A DNA stretch of 58,491 nucleotides, filler included, from Sphacelaria rigidula (lineage: Eukaryota): the NCBI GenBank assembly GCA_964200075.2. It is 5 parts of 5 records of this genome, joined end to end, with 100 filler letters (N's around TTAATTAATTAA, not from the genome) between each part and the next. Parts side by side here need not be neighbours in the genome. Positions count along the whole stretch, not along the records: positions 1 to 11,620 come from CAXNAA020004695.1; positions 11,721 to 23,339 come from CAXNAA020004696.1; 3 more parts are not named here. One strand, written 5' to 3'. Shown piece after piece: positions 1-12,049 of this stretch (positions are counted from its first letter, which is position 1; each line of letters begins with the position of its first letter). A program made the translations under genes and the position numbers. The notes beneath the pieces are model-generated. The model saw only the letters and a program-made list of their open reading frames with translations, had not been told where the DNA came from and did no database searches.

Positions 1-84
1 CTATTAGGAGTAGGAACGGTACTCCGTCTCCAAAGGCATGCGTGGTCAGTGGTCAAACGACCAAGGCAAGCAAAAAATGAGTAC
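1..84 (+). mobile_element. Poly(C)-abutting short repeat, subfamily M1 (copy 1, at contig start)
   Basis: GTACTCCGTCTCCAAAGGCATGCGTGGTCAGTGGTCAAACGACCAAGGCAAGCAAAAAATGAGTAC followed by a C-run at 87-96; homologous to the copies at 11796, 15556, 46457, 46709 and 56902. Confidence 0.8.
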
Positions 85-129
85 TTCCCCCCCCCCTCCT
101 TCACCCACGGGGTTGGCGTCGGTTGCCCC

Positions 130-2520
130 GCCCGCCTACGGCGGCGGAATGTATGAGACTAAAACGCACTTGTACCACCCGACCAACATCTAGTTGGGAA
201 AGTCTCCAAACATTCTGACAGCATGTTCGCAATGCTCGTTCCGAGAAACGCCGCTCCACGGTGTTCTCCGGAGCATCGGGTACTGCTTATGTGTTCAGCC
301 TAAAACTCCGTGTTTTTGTACGACGATGAAAGTGTATGCCTTTCTGTTGGTATGAGCCGACGGTTACTCCCGCAAAGTGTTTGGTTTTCGAGCACGTGAG
401 GGTCAGACTCGGATACAAGGCCGCGAACCGTTCAACAGCCGATGTACGTAGCTACCAAGATACACCCCTACATTTTGCGTCATCTGCTTGTGACGAAATA
501 CGAGCGGAAACCTTCACTGCTTTCGTTCCCCCGGGATACCCAAGGCGCCATCTTGCTGGTGAACAACCTGATCAGGTGACTAAACATAGCGGCGACATGG
601 GAAAGCCGTAGATAACGCCTTGCTAGAAAAGGAAAAGTCGCGATTCCAGACGCCCCCTCCCGCCTCTCAGGAGGAGAAACAACGCACCGCGATATACGTT
701 TGGGTTTCGACACGGGTCTAATGTGATGGACGGCGACAAAGTAGGAATGTCGGCGGAAGACATTGGCAATTGTCGTCGTCGAACGTTGACGACGGCGGTC
801 CAGAGGTCAATGTCACATTCTCACCACTCCTGACGTGGAGGAGTGCAACACGCCACCTATCAGTTACCTTCCTATTTTACACAAATAAAAACGCGAGATA
901 GCTTCCAGCGCACATCGTCAGGATTCGGTCTCACGAGGTTGGTGGATGCCGCAGTGCTACCGGTATTCACGTGTACCGCAGTAATCATCTTTTGCACAGC
1001 TACTGAGCAACATCTCAAGCCCCTGTTCTGTAGTATTCTGACTGGTGCGTGTAGTGGAACTTGGTCTCCCCCCCGGTATGTGCCCCGGATGGTGGGCTGT
1101 ACTGTAACGACCCCGCTGATGTACTGAAACACGTCCAACGAAAACAACGCCAACCGTAAGTGATATAGTGGTGAGTGTCCGAAGGCTTGCGAGCGTCTCC
1201 GCGCGCCCTTTGCTCGGAACTCCTGCTGCAGGAGTAGTCGTACCAAAAGACATCACGTCAATAAAACGGGGTACTCCACTCTACCTGCGAACGCCGAAAT
1301 GCCGAACACGAGGCTCTGCACCCGATGTACCCCCTGCTAGATAGCCAGACCTACGCCGTCATCGCCTGGACCGAGTTCCCAGTACACGGTCGCAGACGTA
1401 CCCTGTTGAAGCTCGGGTTTTATCCCAATACGCTCGCTCCCCATCTGTCGTGCAGAGAAGTACCGAAATTGACGCATCGGCAAAGTGGAGTTGATCAAGA
1501 CAAACCTTTAAAACTCATCTGACTCAGGTCTTCGAGGACAGTATCGCTTTGTTTCGTGTTGTGGGTTGACAGCCGGGAATGGAGGCTTCGCTTTAGTCGT
1601 CGCCGTGGCGAAGCTCTGCTCCATTTGGGCCGACTCACACCACCACCGAGCCCCGCTTGACATGTAACCGCACAAGTGTTGCGCGAATTCGGTTCAGGGT
1701 TCGATCGGGTGGAGACACGCGACGTTTACCGACGCGCCCTTCGCTGAAACACGACGAGCAACCATGGAGCTTGGTCTAGGCACGAAGGAGCAAGTACAGC
1801 CCAAGACGTGGAACATGTAATGCAAATTGGGCTGTGCCGGGAATAGGCACTGTCACAAATGTCAATGTGTCGTTCCCGCGATAGACTGCGAAAAACACAG
1901 GTGACGTTCGGCGCTCGACGTGACTCAGCTGTAAGCTGGCACCTCTATTCTCCCAGTTCGTGTCTACGCGATTTGCGTGCTTCTCTAGCGTGCGGGGCGG
2001 TGTATTTCTCTTGTTTTACTCTCCCATCACACCTTCTACCCCACTCCATCCTCGGGATTATCCCGGCATCTCAAGGGATCGGCACATCTCTCCCGTGGCA
2101 CACATCTCACGCTTTGGTATCGTAGATGGGATCGGCACCCCTCCACCGCGTACACTCTCGCCAACCACAATAACCTCTCTCGACCACTCACGCCATCATG
2201 CTCCAACGACATAATTCAGACTCTTCTCAGGGAAAAATCCAAGCGCAGCTGGCAAGATTCGAGCCAGCATTCATCTGATCCCATGGGGTTGAGCTCATCA
2301 TAAGATCAGCGGGGCAGGGCGATCGTAGGCATGGGAATTGGACTTGACTCGTCCATGATTCGCAGAGAAAATGCTCGTACTGAGTACTGTTGCCACGATG
2401 GTGGAACATCCGTTTCGGAAGTTTCCCACACTTTGTCCGAGTCTTGCTATCGACAAGCACCTATACGTACGCGAACGCGGCTACGACATATGGTTGCGGC
2501 CACGAACCACCGACTCCTGA
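130..2520 (-). mobile_element. Heavily degenerate Ty1/Copia-like internal region (gag-protease-integrase-RT relics)
   Basis: Frameshifted minus-strand fragments in Copia order: UBN2-gag-like KVWET..KRMFHHRGNSTQYE..IMDES..DELNPMG (about 2450-2270), protease-like HVPRLG (about 1820), integrase-like GIKPE (about 1420), RT-like remnants (about 700-400). Motif matches were made by eye only. Confidence 0.4.
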
Positions 2521-2732
2521 GTACATGACATTCCAGTTTATATGACGTACATGTGTGCTGCGTCTATGCAGCGGCATACGACCTCCCAAATGGTCGAGAA
2601 CCCACAACCTATGTGATCTGGTAGAGGCGGGAGATCTTCAGTAACAAGGAAGCGACCCGCAAGCTGAGACCGGAGAGTCGACAAACGCGTGTTTCGTGCC
2701 TGATATTAACGTGAGCCGAGGGGGGGGGGGGG

Positions 2733-2948
2733 TGTTGGGTTCGATACATTCGGAAGCTCCGCGCCAACATGAATCTGGAGTTTCAACATGTTGTATTGGA
2801 CCTCGAAACTACGGGCTCATTCGTCCATGCCAAACCCAAGTAGCCGATACGGGTCCCTGCCCCTCCCCCCCCACACACTTCACACCCCCTCCGGTCCCCC
2901 CTTTCCCTCCTGTTTTGGAGCTCCAGTCGTGACCTTCCGTTTTCAACA
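2733..2948 (+). mobile_element. Candidate LTR preceded by a polypurine tract
   Basis: GAG(G)n tract (about 2718-2732) directly before TGTTG; the segment ends CAACA at 2944-2948 (TG...CA with a 5-bp inverted repeat). No partner LTR in the contig. Confidence 0.4.
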
Positions 2949-4012
2949 GCACGTCTGACTCACGCCTGTGTGAAGCGTGAAATATGCTCTTCTGCTTTCC
3001 TTTTCGTTGTGGTACTCAGTTGACGCAACAATAAAGAAAATCCCGAGTTCTCCCATCTGAATCAAGAGCTGTCTGCGAAGTTGCCATGGGAACTTCGTTG
3101 TGTCTGGTCGTTTGGAGCTTGTACACGTTGTGCACAACATGCAAGGGGTTGCACTATCGTCGCGATGACAGGTGCTGCTACCGTGGTGATGCATGGCAGT
3201 ACCACCCTAGTATCATGGCATGGTAGCGGAGGTCTTCCAACTCATCTTCCTGAGCACGCCGTAAGAGTAACACGGTTGTACGAATAATCCCGTGATGCCT
3301 TCATGGAGGCACCACGACACTGTGATGGGAGTTCCATGAATGTTTTGTCGTGTGGCAGTTCTAAGGTAGTGTTGAGGACCTACCGCGGTGCTCTCACGCC
3401 ACTTCCATGGCCTACCTACGAGCTGGACCAGCTTAGAAGCGGCTAAAACTTGCTCACACCACAGCTTGCCCAGTTTACCTAATGAGCCCAAAGTGAATAT
3501 ATCATTGTGAGGTGAAGACCAACCTGGGTAACACACGGCACCGCCGCTGAAAGAAAAAAAGATGAAAACAAAAGTACCTCATAATATATGACCTCAACGA
3601 CGGACGAAAACAAAGAAAGAACCTGTCGAGATTCGACCTCATGATCTCCATCGTTGGAGTCTACCATCACTTGATTTATAGGGTGCAGCAGCGTCACGGA
3701 AAATATTGCACGCATGGCCCAATTCGACGACACTTGAGCTGAAATTTCAGGAAGGCCTTCTGCACCCAAGGAAATGATACTTCACGTGGCCAGGTTCAGA
3801 TTCTCCTTTTATCCCTGGACTTATGATATTATCTTGTTTTTGCTGAAAAGTCAAATGCCCATTACTTTTTTTCTTCACCGGTCAAGTGATCTTCTGTATT
3901 CCGATCATAAAAAGGTTCTGTCAAAATTCCAGCTTCCAACTCCTAATGTCGCGCCGTGCATCGCCTAAGCGGGAAAACCACCCATTGTTGGCTGGCCCCA
4001 GCTCGTACACCA

Positions 4013-4263
4013 GACACTTTCTACGATAGCCCCCCTCAAAATGTGCATGGTTTTGGGAGGCAAAATCTTCACGGATATTGAAATGGGAAAAGCCGAGCAC
4101 AACGAGAAGCTGGGAAGTCTCCCTCTTGGGTTCGTTCTAGCCAATGTCGCCAATATGTGGCGCTTCATGCAGCCTGAACCCGAACATCAGGCGCTGTATG
4201 GACATTTTTTTCGTGACACTTTTAGCTGGGGTTTTTTTGGGGGGGGCTATCGCAGAAAGTGTC
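4013..4263. mobile_element. MITE family A (about 250 bp, about 22-bp TIR, 4-bp TSD ACCA)
   Basis: TIRs GACACTTTCTACGATAGCCCCC / GGGGGCTATCGCAGAAAGTGTC; ACCA on both sides; internal sequence homologous to 47805-48052 and 40960-41217. Confidence 0.9.
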
Positions 4264-4419
4264 ACCATTGTTTGAGTGTCCTGAAAGGAAATGCCATCGC
4301 GATCAATCAAAGCAGATTCCAACAACACGTCGTCGGTCGTCAATACTCCACGAGAAAATACGTGCGTCTCTTCAACGCCGTGTAACACTGTTGCGATTGT
4401 GTCGGTCGTCCAGAACACT

Positions 4420-4930
4420 ATCTCGCGTTCCCGCAGTCAGCGGCTACTGTTCGTCGAGAGTGAGCATGTGGATGACTGCATTTGCCGACGTGAGGACTGG
4501 GCCTAACAGCCGCGTTTGGCGCTTTTCCCAGCTCGAGGTGTCGTGAATGCGAGTCGTGTTTGGTACTTTGATTGTTCGACCAACCGTGGCACATACCTTG
4601 AGCCCTGCGTCTTAGGTGACGAAGCATGTACCCTGGGCGACCAACTTATCAAGCTCGATTTTATCGGGATCCATGACCCCGCACCTTCCCTCGGAGGTGC
4701 CCCTTATCCGACTATCCCGACGACATGTTCTTGATGTCACGACCGTCGGCGACCTGGCCATTGCCATGTGCGACGACATGGAGATAGGTAACAACATCAC
4801 TTGGGGGCGTGTAACGCGTATCCTACGGCAGCATAGCCATATACCGGCATGTTTCATGGTGCCTACATGCAGGGCCTTCGCTTCCGCGGGTAGCAAGATG
4901 GATCTTGGAGGGCACACAACTCATGAGTGC
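4420..4930 (-). mobile_element. Possible second Copia-like protease-region relic
   Basis: Weak motifs VAHGNGQV and KIELDKLVAQG resemble the Copia protease region; multiple stops and frameshifts. Confidence 0.2.
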
Positions 4931-5388
4931 AAAACATGACAGAGTAATTTTCCCTTTAGAAAATGGCCCGGTGTGCCACTAAAGCCTTCAACGACCGGTG
5001 TCTTCTTAGACGTACCTGAACGTGGAGCAGGTCGAGTAGCAGATGTTGTTTCTCAGTTGGCGGCCCGCCACGTGTGCGTGTCTGTTCGCAGGTTGCATGC
5101 GGACCGTGGGGGTTCTACGTGACCCCTTCTACAGGCACCCGGTCGTACCCATTGGTCAGTAGAGACACATTAGTATCAGCATGGCCCATCAAAACGGGAG
5201 ATGACGAGCCGGATGCGCTCGTCTCTGCTGCAGGCTGTTATTACATTTTGCCCCGGCGGTCTGCTGCGCCACCAGAATCCGCGTGCGCCTTTCCCCTTGG
5301 CGAGCCCTGACCGAGACGTGATGCGAAACTCCATGCGCCCCTCAGCCAACAATGCCCGCAATGTCTTGCGTCATTGTACAACCTCCGT

Positions 5389-5692
5389 CTGGGATGTGGA
5401 CATCCCAGGTAGACGTACATCTGATGTATTCGTCTCGGGTATCAGGTCCGTCTGGGATATCTATCCGCCATCTGTATATTCCGCTGTGAGGTGTCCATCC
5501 GGGATGTGGGCATCCATCTGAGGCATTGGCATCCATCTGAGGCATTGGCATCCATAGATATGGGCATCCCAGATGGACACTCGAGGTGGGCGTCCCAGAC
5601 ACAGTAAATATCCATGTTTCAGATGGACGTCCATATCCCGATGGATCTGACACCCTAGGTGGACATCCCAGACCGATATTGGCATCCCAGAT
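5389..5692. repeat. Degenerate array of short palindromic GGATG/CATCC units
   Basis: For example CTGGGATGT-GG-ACATCCCAG and tandem CATCCATCTGAGGCATTGG; a related array lies at 42165-42400. Confidence 0.8.
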
Positions 5693-6016
5693 AGAGGTTG
5701 CAAGGCTCTATAATGCTTGCATACGTGCACACAACCGGTTCGCACTGCACGAGATAATCAAGAAAAACCACGGAGGTTTACATAACCATTTGTATGTTGC
5801 ACGACAGCTCGTGCATAGAGCACACCGCGGTCGCTGATGTTGCCTCCACCGCTTGTGAAGCGCAAAGCTGCTACCACCCATCGTACAGCAACAGGCTTGG
5901 GTTCACCCTGTAATGCGTGAGAGGACCGCGTGCTCAGAGGACCGCGCTGTAGTTCAAAACACCTCAGGGTCGACGTTTTTCGAAACCAATCGGGGCAGTC
6001 CCTGCAGGTACCACGC

Positions 6017-6064
6017 CCCTGACCATAACCCCAACCCCAACACTAACCCGAACCCCAACCCTAA
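6017..6064 (+). repeat. Interstitial degenerate telomere-like (CCCTAA)8
   Basis: CCCTGA CCATAA CCCCAA CCCCAA CACTAA CCCGAA CCCCAA CCCTAA. Confidence 0.75.
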
Positions 6065-6699
6065 CCATTGGGATGTTCAAATTCCGATGCGATACTCTAA
6101 GCACGCGATCCTCTCACGCATTACACACCTATCATTGGAAATGAGCTGCGCCTGTCAATCGTTGTCAACGAGACATGTTCCGGACAGTAGTGCGAGAAAA
6201 TGTCGGGGGTTGTTGGCCGTAATGTTTGTCGTTCGGATGCTGCAGTACAGAGACGGGGTTTTCCCCCCCCGAACGTCCTCCTTTCTTACGGACTCATCGT
6301 TTCCCAGTCGCGTGTAATGCGCGGTTGAGTGATTGCAACATCAGTCGTGCTGCTATTTGTTGTTTTCTCATGACTCTCGCTGTTACCCATTGACGACCAG
6401 CCCCAGAACAGGGTTTTTCGGGTGGGAAACCTGGAATTGCCACAAACAAGAAAGAGATGTATCAGTAGTCGTGTGGCGGAGGAGGTAGATGCACAGAACT
6501 GCCCTTGTGGCAGAGCAATAGAAAGGAGAACTTGTATAACAAAATCGGATGATCTGAAATCACACTAAACCGTCACGCGCCCGTGTTGTTCACGTACGCA
6601 CAATACGCATGACCCCATTGTTTCAAGTACTATAGTACGACTCGAGAAAACCGAAGATGTAGGCCTTGGGAGACTAGTTTATCAAGTCAAAATGATGAT

Positions 6700-8400
6700 G
6701 CCGCTTCAATGGATAACCCACCCCTCGTCCAACGCCTGTGTAAAGCGCATACATACAGCGGTGAAACATATTGTGGATAGCATATTGTGGATAAAACAGG
6801 TTCAACAGGCGACCCGCCCTACGGTGAAAGAGGCGATCCAAGTTGGAGTGGACAATTATGTGGATATCTATGCGGGAGAGTTGGAGGAATATGCTCGAGT
6901 GTGGGACATGAAGGGATGGTACAGGCATCTCAAAGGACGGTAGCAACTGTCTGGACGACCAGTCGAGAGTGAGCAGTTCATTCGAGATGAGGACAGGAAT
7001 ATACTGTGGGACAGAGGTTTAATCAGTGAGAGATGGGAATCGTACTCTTCCACGTTGCTGAACGCCATATTGGTAACTATCGCCCGAACGATCATCGAGA
7101 AGATTGCTCAGTGGCCGATAGCGCTATCAATAGAAGACCCGCCAAGCTCAAGTGAAAGTGACGAGGCTCTGAGAGCTTTGTCGAACGGCAAATCGACGGG
7201 TTTCACGACGGCGTGCGAGCTCGAGTACAGCTGGATGGCGGCGAGCTATCAGCGTCGTCTCGCGTCTACCGGGGACGCAGACAAGGTTACATGTAGTCCC
7301 CGCTGTTGCTCATCATCTTTGTCGCAGCCTTGGTCGTCGTGATCGTTCAGCGGCTCACGGCGGACCCAGTGATCATCTCAGACTTGGTTTTTCCAGATGA
7401 TGCGCTAAAAGGTGACGGTGAACACCTGGAAGAGACGCCGCTGGAAAAGGTGCGGTACGCGGTGTGGGCAATGCTTCTTGCGGATGACGCCGGCATAGTC
7501 TCGAGGGCCTCAGACGGTCTTGCTCGAGTGATGGGCGTGGTAGTGGTGACCGGTCAGGAATTCGGTCTCGCGGTCTCGGAGAGCAAGACAGAGTCCATGC
7601 GCCTGTGGTCAGTACGCAGCCCCACGGAGGCCGCCCTGCACATCAAAGCTGGCGGTCAACGGTGGATAAGCAGGCGTGGAAGTTCGTCTTCCTGGGTGGT
7701 GCTATCAGCGCGGATGCGAAAATGTCTATCGAAACCAACCGCCGCATCAGCGCAACGTGAGCGCATATCCAAACGTTTGGCTCCCAACTCTGCGATCGGC
7801 CCAAAGCCCAGCTATCCCTGAAAGTCCGGCTGATTAAGGCGGAGGTGGTAGAAGCTGTGTGGTACGGATGTGCCGCACGGGCGTTACGCTCTGAGGACTT
7901 TGACAGTCTGCGCACTCCCCATCTCAAGCTTTTGCTGCGAGTGGCTGGATTCCGCAGAAAGGGTCGAAAATGTCCACAACACACTTTCGTACAGAGCGGT
8001 GCTCGAGATGACCACTGGGAGCGTATTGAGACGACTATCCGCAAAAGTCATCTCTGGTTCGTGTGAGCCCTTGTCCGCCAAAAGGAAGCACATCTTCCTA
8101 AGTGCATCATGAACGGAAGGTTAGCCGCACTAGGGCCCAGGGACGCTGGCCGCCGCCCCGAACGATGGGAGGAAAACCTCCAGGAGAACCTACGTGCACT
8201 AGGGGCTATTCCGCACAAACGAGCGCGATGAAAATGATTCGTTCACGGTGTAGAGGTTAACGATGCATACGAAGGGATCACCGCGGCGAAGAATAAGGGT
8301 AAATGGCATATTGGAGTCGAAAAAGGAGCAGAATCGTTTGAGGACACGCGGCGACAGGAGGATAAACGAGAATCGGCTCGCCGTCGCAAGAGGCTGCTGC
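6700..8400 (+). mobile_element. Degenerate non-LTR retrotransposon (RTE-like LINE) RT region
   Basis: EQFIRDEDRNILWDRGLISERW, ALRALSNGKSTG, AVWAMLLADDAGIVSR (YADD-type motif), FGLAVSESKTESM, LKVRLIKAEVVEAVWYGC. Frameshifts are present, with an internal deletion of early RT subdomains near 7200-7280. Probable 3' UTR extends to about 8840. Confidence 0.85.
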
Positions 8401-8571
8401 ATCGAGAGCCGTCGATCGAATAATCCCGTCTGCTCATTTGTTGATTGTGTCCTTGGTCGGTGCCTCTGCGATGCCCCCTGGTGTGTGTCTGTATCTGCTC
8501 TGCTGCCCTGAATTCTTTGGGCTCCCCCACGTCCGTAGTCTCCTTCTTCTCTGCTCTCCCTTTCCCCCATC

Positions 8572-8573
8572 TT

Positions 8574-8612
<39 letters not shown>
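8572..8612. repeat. (CT)n(TA)n microsatellite
   Basis: Direct inspection. Confidence 0.9.
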
Positions 8613-8624
<12 letters not shown>

Positions 8625-9126
8625 TTCCCTGCCGGTGTATGTCAGAGCAGTGTGGTACCTCGCTTCATTGTGTTTGTCCATGGATGAGAGGATCCATACC
8701 CCAAAGAGTGCGGTCGTAGTAGATGAGCCGCAATCGTTTCCTTCCTTTCCCACGACCTTTGGTTTTCTACGACTAGGTATGCGTGTGATTCCGCGCAACA
8801 CCTTTTCCGCCGAAGCCATGTGGCAGGGGGCGGCCATCTCTTGTTTCTTTTTGTTATTTACTCTTCTCTTTTTCTTTTTCTGTCTTAGTCTACTCTGTTG
8901 TTCTGTTCTCATTGTTTCTGCAGCGGGTGTTTCAGTTTTGTTGTGTCTCGGGTACGCCCATCATGTTACCACGGCCGGATCCCTGTGGGGTCGGTCAAAG
9001 TGCGACAATCACTCAACACATCAAATCAAAAGTGGGGCAATCCGAGTGCTCACCCATGCAGGATGGGGCAAATGTATTTTTTCGACTTTGTCATGTGACA
9101 GATACTCCAATGCGCACGTATAATTG

Positions 9127-9890
9127 AAAACGGTACATATTCAAAGGGTGTGTTGAGTTGGCATGTTCTTTTTGTCGTTTGATTTTGCGGATAAGGTGAA
9201 GACATCGGTGCACAATAGAAGGGTCTGTTCTGTTGGGATGTGTTTTTCATGTTTATCTTGTTTTGGGGAGTTTTGGACAAGGTGAAGACAGCGGTATACG
9301 ATAAAAGGGTCTGTTCGGTTGGGTATATATATATATATTTGTTGTCTTGGCTTTTCTTCGACAAAGGGAAGACAGCGGTGTGCAATAAAAAGGAAGGTCG
9401 TTTCTCTTCGTTTTCTGTTGTTTTTCGTATATCTGGACAGGGGGGAGAAAATGGCATACATTCAAGGGGTATGTTGGGTTGGGATGGTGTTTTGCTGTCT
9501 TTCTTTTTTTGTTGGGGGGAGACCATGGCATACATTCAAGGGGAATGTTGGGTTGGGGCGGTTTTCTTGTTTTTCTCTTGTTTTGGGTTTTTGAAGAAGA
9601 GGAGGGCAACGGTAAACAATATAAGGGTCTGATGGGTTGGGATATCGCCTCTTCGTTGTTTTTTCGCTGTTCAGGGTTTGGGGGGGCAAGGGGAAGGCAT
9701 CGGTATACAATCAACGGGGAGTTGAGTCGGCATGTGGTTTGTTTCCTATGTTTTCTTGTTTTGTTTTGTTTTTGGACAACATGGGGAAGACGGCGGGATA
9801 CGATGAAGGGGCGTGTTGGCCCGGAGTGGGTTCCTCGATGCTTTTTCGTTCGTTAGATTATCCTTCGAAAGAGGGATGGCGATATAATGT
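9127..9890 (+). repeat. Degenerate tandem array of about 10 units (72-93 bp)
   Basis: Recurring core AAGACNNCGGTAYACNATNNAAGGGTCTGTTNNGTTGGG followed by a variable T-rich tract; units start near 9127, 9199, 9284, 9369, 9446, 9520, 9603, 9694, 9787 and 9870. Confidence 0.8.
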
Positions 9891-11364
9891 CCCTCGCAAA
9901 CTGCGGGTGCTGCGGCCGAGAAATGGCCCCAGTTTGTTTCTGTTCTCTGTGTCCCCACCTTCACCACTAGAGAGGGTTGAGAGGGCACGAAGTCCTCCTG
10001 CAACAGCCGCGGAGACAATACCCCACCATGCATGAAGAAGCCAATCAGGGGTGCACTTCATGGTTCAAACCTTGTCCGAGGCTTGTCTGAGGCTTGTCTG
10101 AGGTTGCACACTAAAGCCCAGATATTTGTCATCGAGAGGCTCCTATAACGAAGAGTCTCACAACAAAGGAGTGCGCTCCTACCGTGGCATTTGCTCAATA
10201 CGATGCCGTGTTTCTATCCTCCGTCAACTGGAACAACGCGTGCCGCTTGTTGGCCCCGACATAAGGCAGGTCCGGCCTTTTATGGGGGGAGCCTGGTGAC
10301 ATAACACGGCGATTCATTTGATATAAGGCCGAATCGACCTTCAATCGGTCGCAGGCCGTGTTCGACGACAGGCCGCCTCATTCCGCATGGATCACCCCGG
10401 CCTTATAATATAGGGTCCCGTACGGTTGTATACCGGAAAACAGGGAAAATGGATGGGATAACATGACCTCGTTCGAATCCCAAGACATCGACCGACCACA
10501 GCCTCTTGGCGGCTGTAGTGGAGAGCTGTTCCGTGCCGTGCCCATGATCGCACCACCCGTAGGCTCAGGAATAACCTATTGATGGTCACGTTAAGGTTGC
10601 GCCCCCATGACCGCGGGTCTGGGCGGAACAGTTTGTTGAGCCTGTGTGAGATTCATACAGTAGGATTTACGTTACAGTAGTTTCGCCGCACGTCCTTCGA
10701 TCCTTGCGGCCCAACGCATCATTGCCACGTACCACTGCGTATCCCACCACCACAGACAGTGCGTGGAAGATTCCGTAGTACTGCACAGGGTAACGGGCAT
10801 CGCTCTATTCTAGAGCAAGCCACCGTGCAGTTGCATGTTGATAACATGGCGCAAACACCGTCGAATAAACGCAGTAACGTACATCACTCGGATCTTCATG
10901 GCATCTCTGTGAGTGCGACACGTTTGAAGTGCTTGCCGTCTACAAATTCTTTTTAAAAGAAAGCGGTGCAGGATATCGGCTGGGTGCCGCGACAGCAAGC
11001 AGCTTTGCCTGAAGTATAGCTCAGCGCCGCTGACTGCAGGCGGTGACGATCCTTCGGCTTCATTTCTCCCAAAAAGATCAAGGTGCGTGCACAAGATTGA
11101 TCGACACGCACGTCTCTTATTTATACGGTACGGAAGTACTCGTGACTCCTCACTGTGCTGCAGGTGGAGGTCCTGGGACAGTCCGATCGTCCTGTTCGTG
11201 CTCCTATGTCAACACATACACTCCGCTCATGTTTTCGTCCAGCGCCTGCTGTGGATGAGCCCTGATCCTTTGAATCCACGACCGGGATTCGAGAGGGCAC
11301 GCTGCGAACATTTCGCGACCTGTTCGCGAAGGTGATGCCTCGAGCGAAAGCGGCTCGCGACGCA

Positions 11365-11620
11365 GACATGGTACGAGCTGGGCGAGCCTAGAGGCTGCAT
11401 GAAAGTTTGCAGGCGGATGCGCCGGGCAATACTTGGAGTTAGACCCTGAAATTCGGTATGGATAATGCACAGGGCATAATAAAAAATCGGGAAGAAGCAC
11501 ATGAAGGTTTTTTGTTTGTTTTTCGTGAGTTAAGGGCGTTTCGCTGAAACTTGAAAACTGATTATTGCCCTTAGACCCATTTTCATGGCAAGCACGAATC
11601 TTGATTTTTTCAAAATTGGG
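11365..11620 (+). repeat. Unit of the degenerate AT-rich repeat family also found at 35520-37345
   Basis: Shares ACGAGCTGGGC..GCC and AGGGCATAATAAAA blocks with 35535 and 35940. Confidence 0.5.
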
Positions 11621-11720
11621 NNNNNNNNNNNNNNNNNNNNNNNNNNNNNNNNNNNNNNNNNNNNTTAATTAATTAANNNNNNNNNNNNNNNNNNNNNNNN
11701 NNNNNNNNNNNNNNNNNNNN
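11621..11720. other. Artificial contig linker (44N + TTAATTAATTAA + 44N)
   Basis: Exact 100-nt pattern with stops in all six frames; the same linker recurs about every 11.7 kb. Confidence 0.98.
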
Positions 11721-11777
11721 GGGTCCGCCCCTACAAAGCCGGGACGGAGCACGCCGGGCTCTCGCCGGACCAGGCAT
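11721..11777 (-). mobile_element. Poly(C)-abutting repeat, subfamily M2 (partial, at contig start)
   Basis: CCTACAAAGCCGGGACGGAGCACGCCGGGCTCTCGCCGGA is nearly identical to 35019-35058; bounded by the G-run at 11778-11796. Confidence 0.75.
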
Positions 11778-11795
11778 GGGGGGGGGGGGAGGGGG

Positions 11796-11915
11796 GTACT
11801 CATTTGTTGCTTGCCGTATTAATTTGACCATTGACCACGCATCCTTTTCGAGACGATGCTCTGTTTCTACTCCTAAAAGAGACACCCCCGACATTTGGGC
11901 GCTCAGTACATTTCT
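11796..11915 (-). mobile_element. Poly(C)-abutting repeat, subfamily M1 (copy 2)
   Basis: GTACTCATTTGTTGCTTGCC...GACCATTGACCACGCATCC directly after the G-run; longest M1 copy in the window. Confidence 0.85.
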
Positions 11916-12049
11916 TCCATACAAAAGAAAAAGTGGTTAACAAAAGAAAAAGTGGTTAGCTCCGTTGTTCCACGTCCATGTCCGGGCTGTGGTCAGGTAA
12001 TGCAGGGAAGAAAATGGTTAGCTTCGTTATTTCATGGCTATATCCGGTC

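Noticed and set aside
6017-6064. True chromosome end
   Set aside because: Short, degenerate and internal to the contig.
9127-9890. CRISPR array
   Set aside because: Repeats are degenerate, spacers are T-rich and low-complexity, there are no cas genes and the context is eukaryotic.
11665-11676. TTAATTAATTAA motif (PacI-like or piggyBac TTAA site) recurring four times
   Set aside because: Embedded in N-runs at identical offsets; a synthetic linker. ORFs containing X that cross it are artefacts.
11796-11915. Hammerhead ribozyme in the M repeat
   Set aside because: No CUGANGA core on either strand; the GAAA is a hairpin tetraloop.
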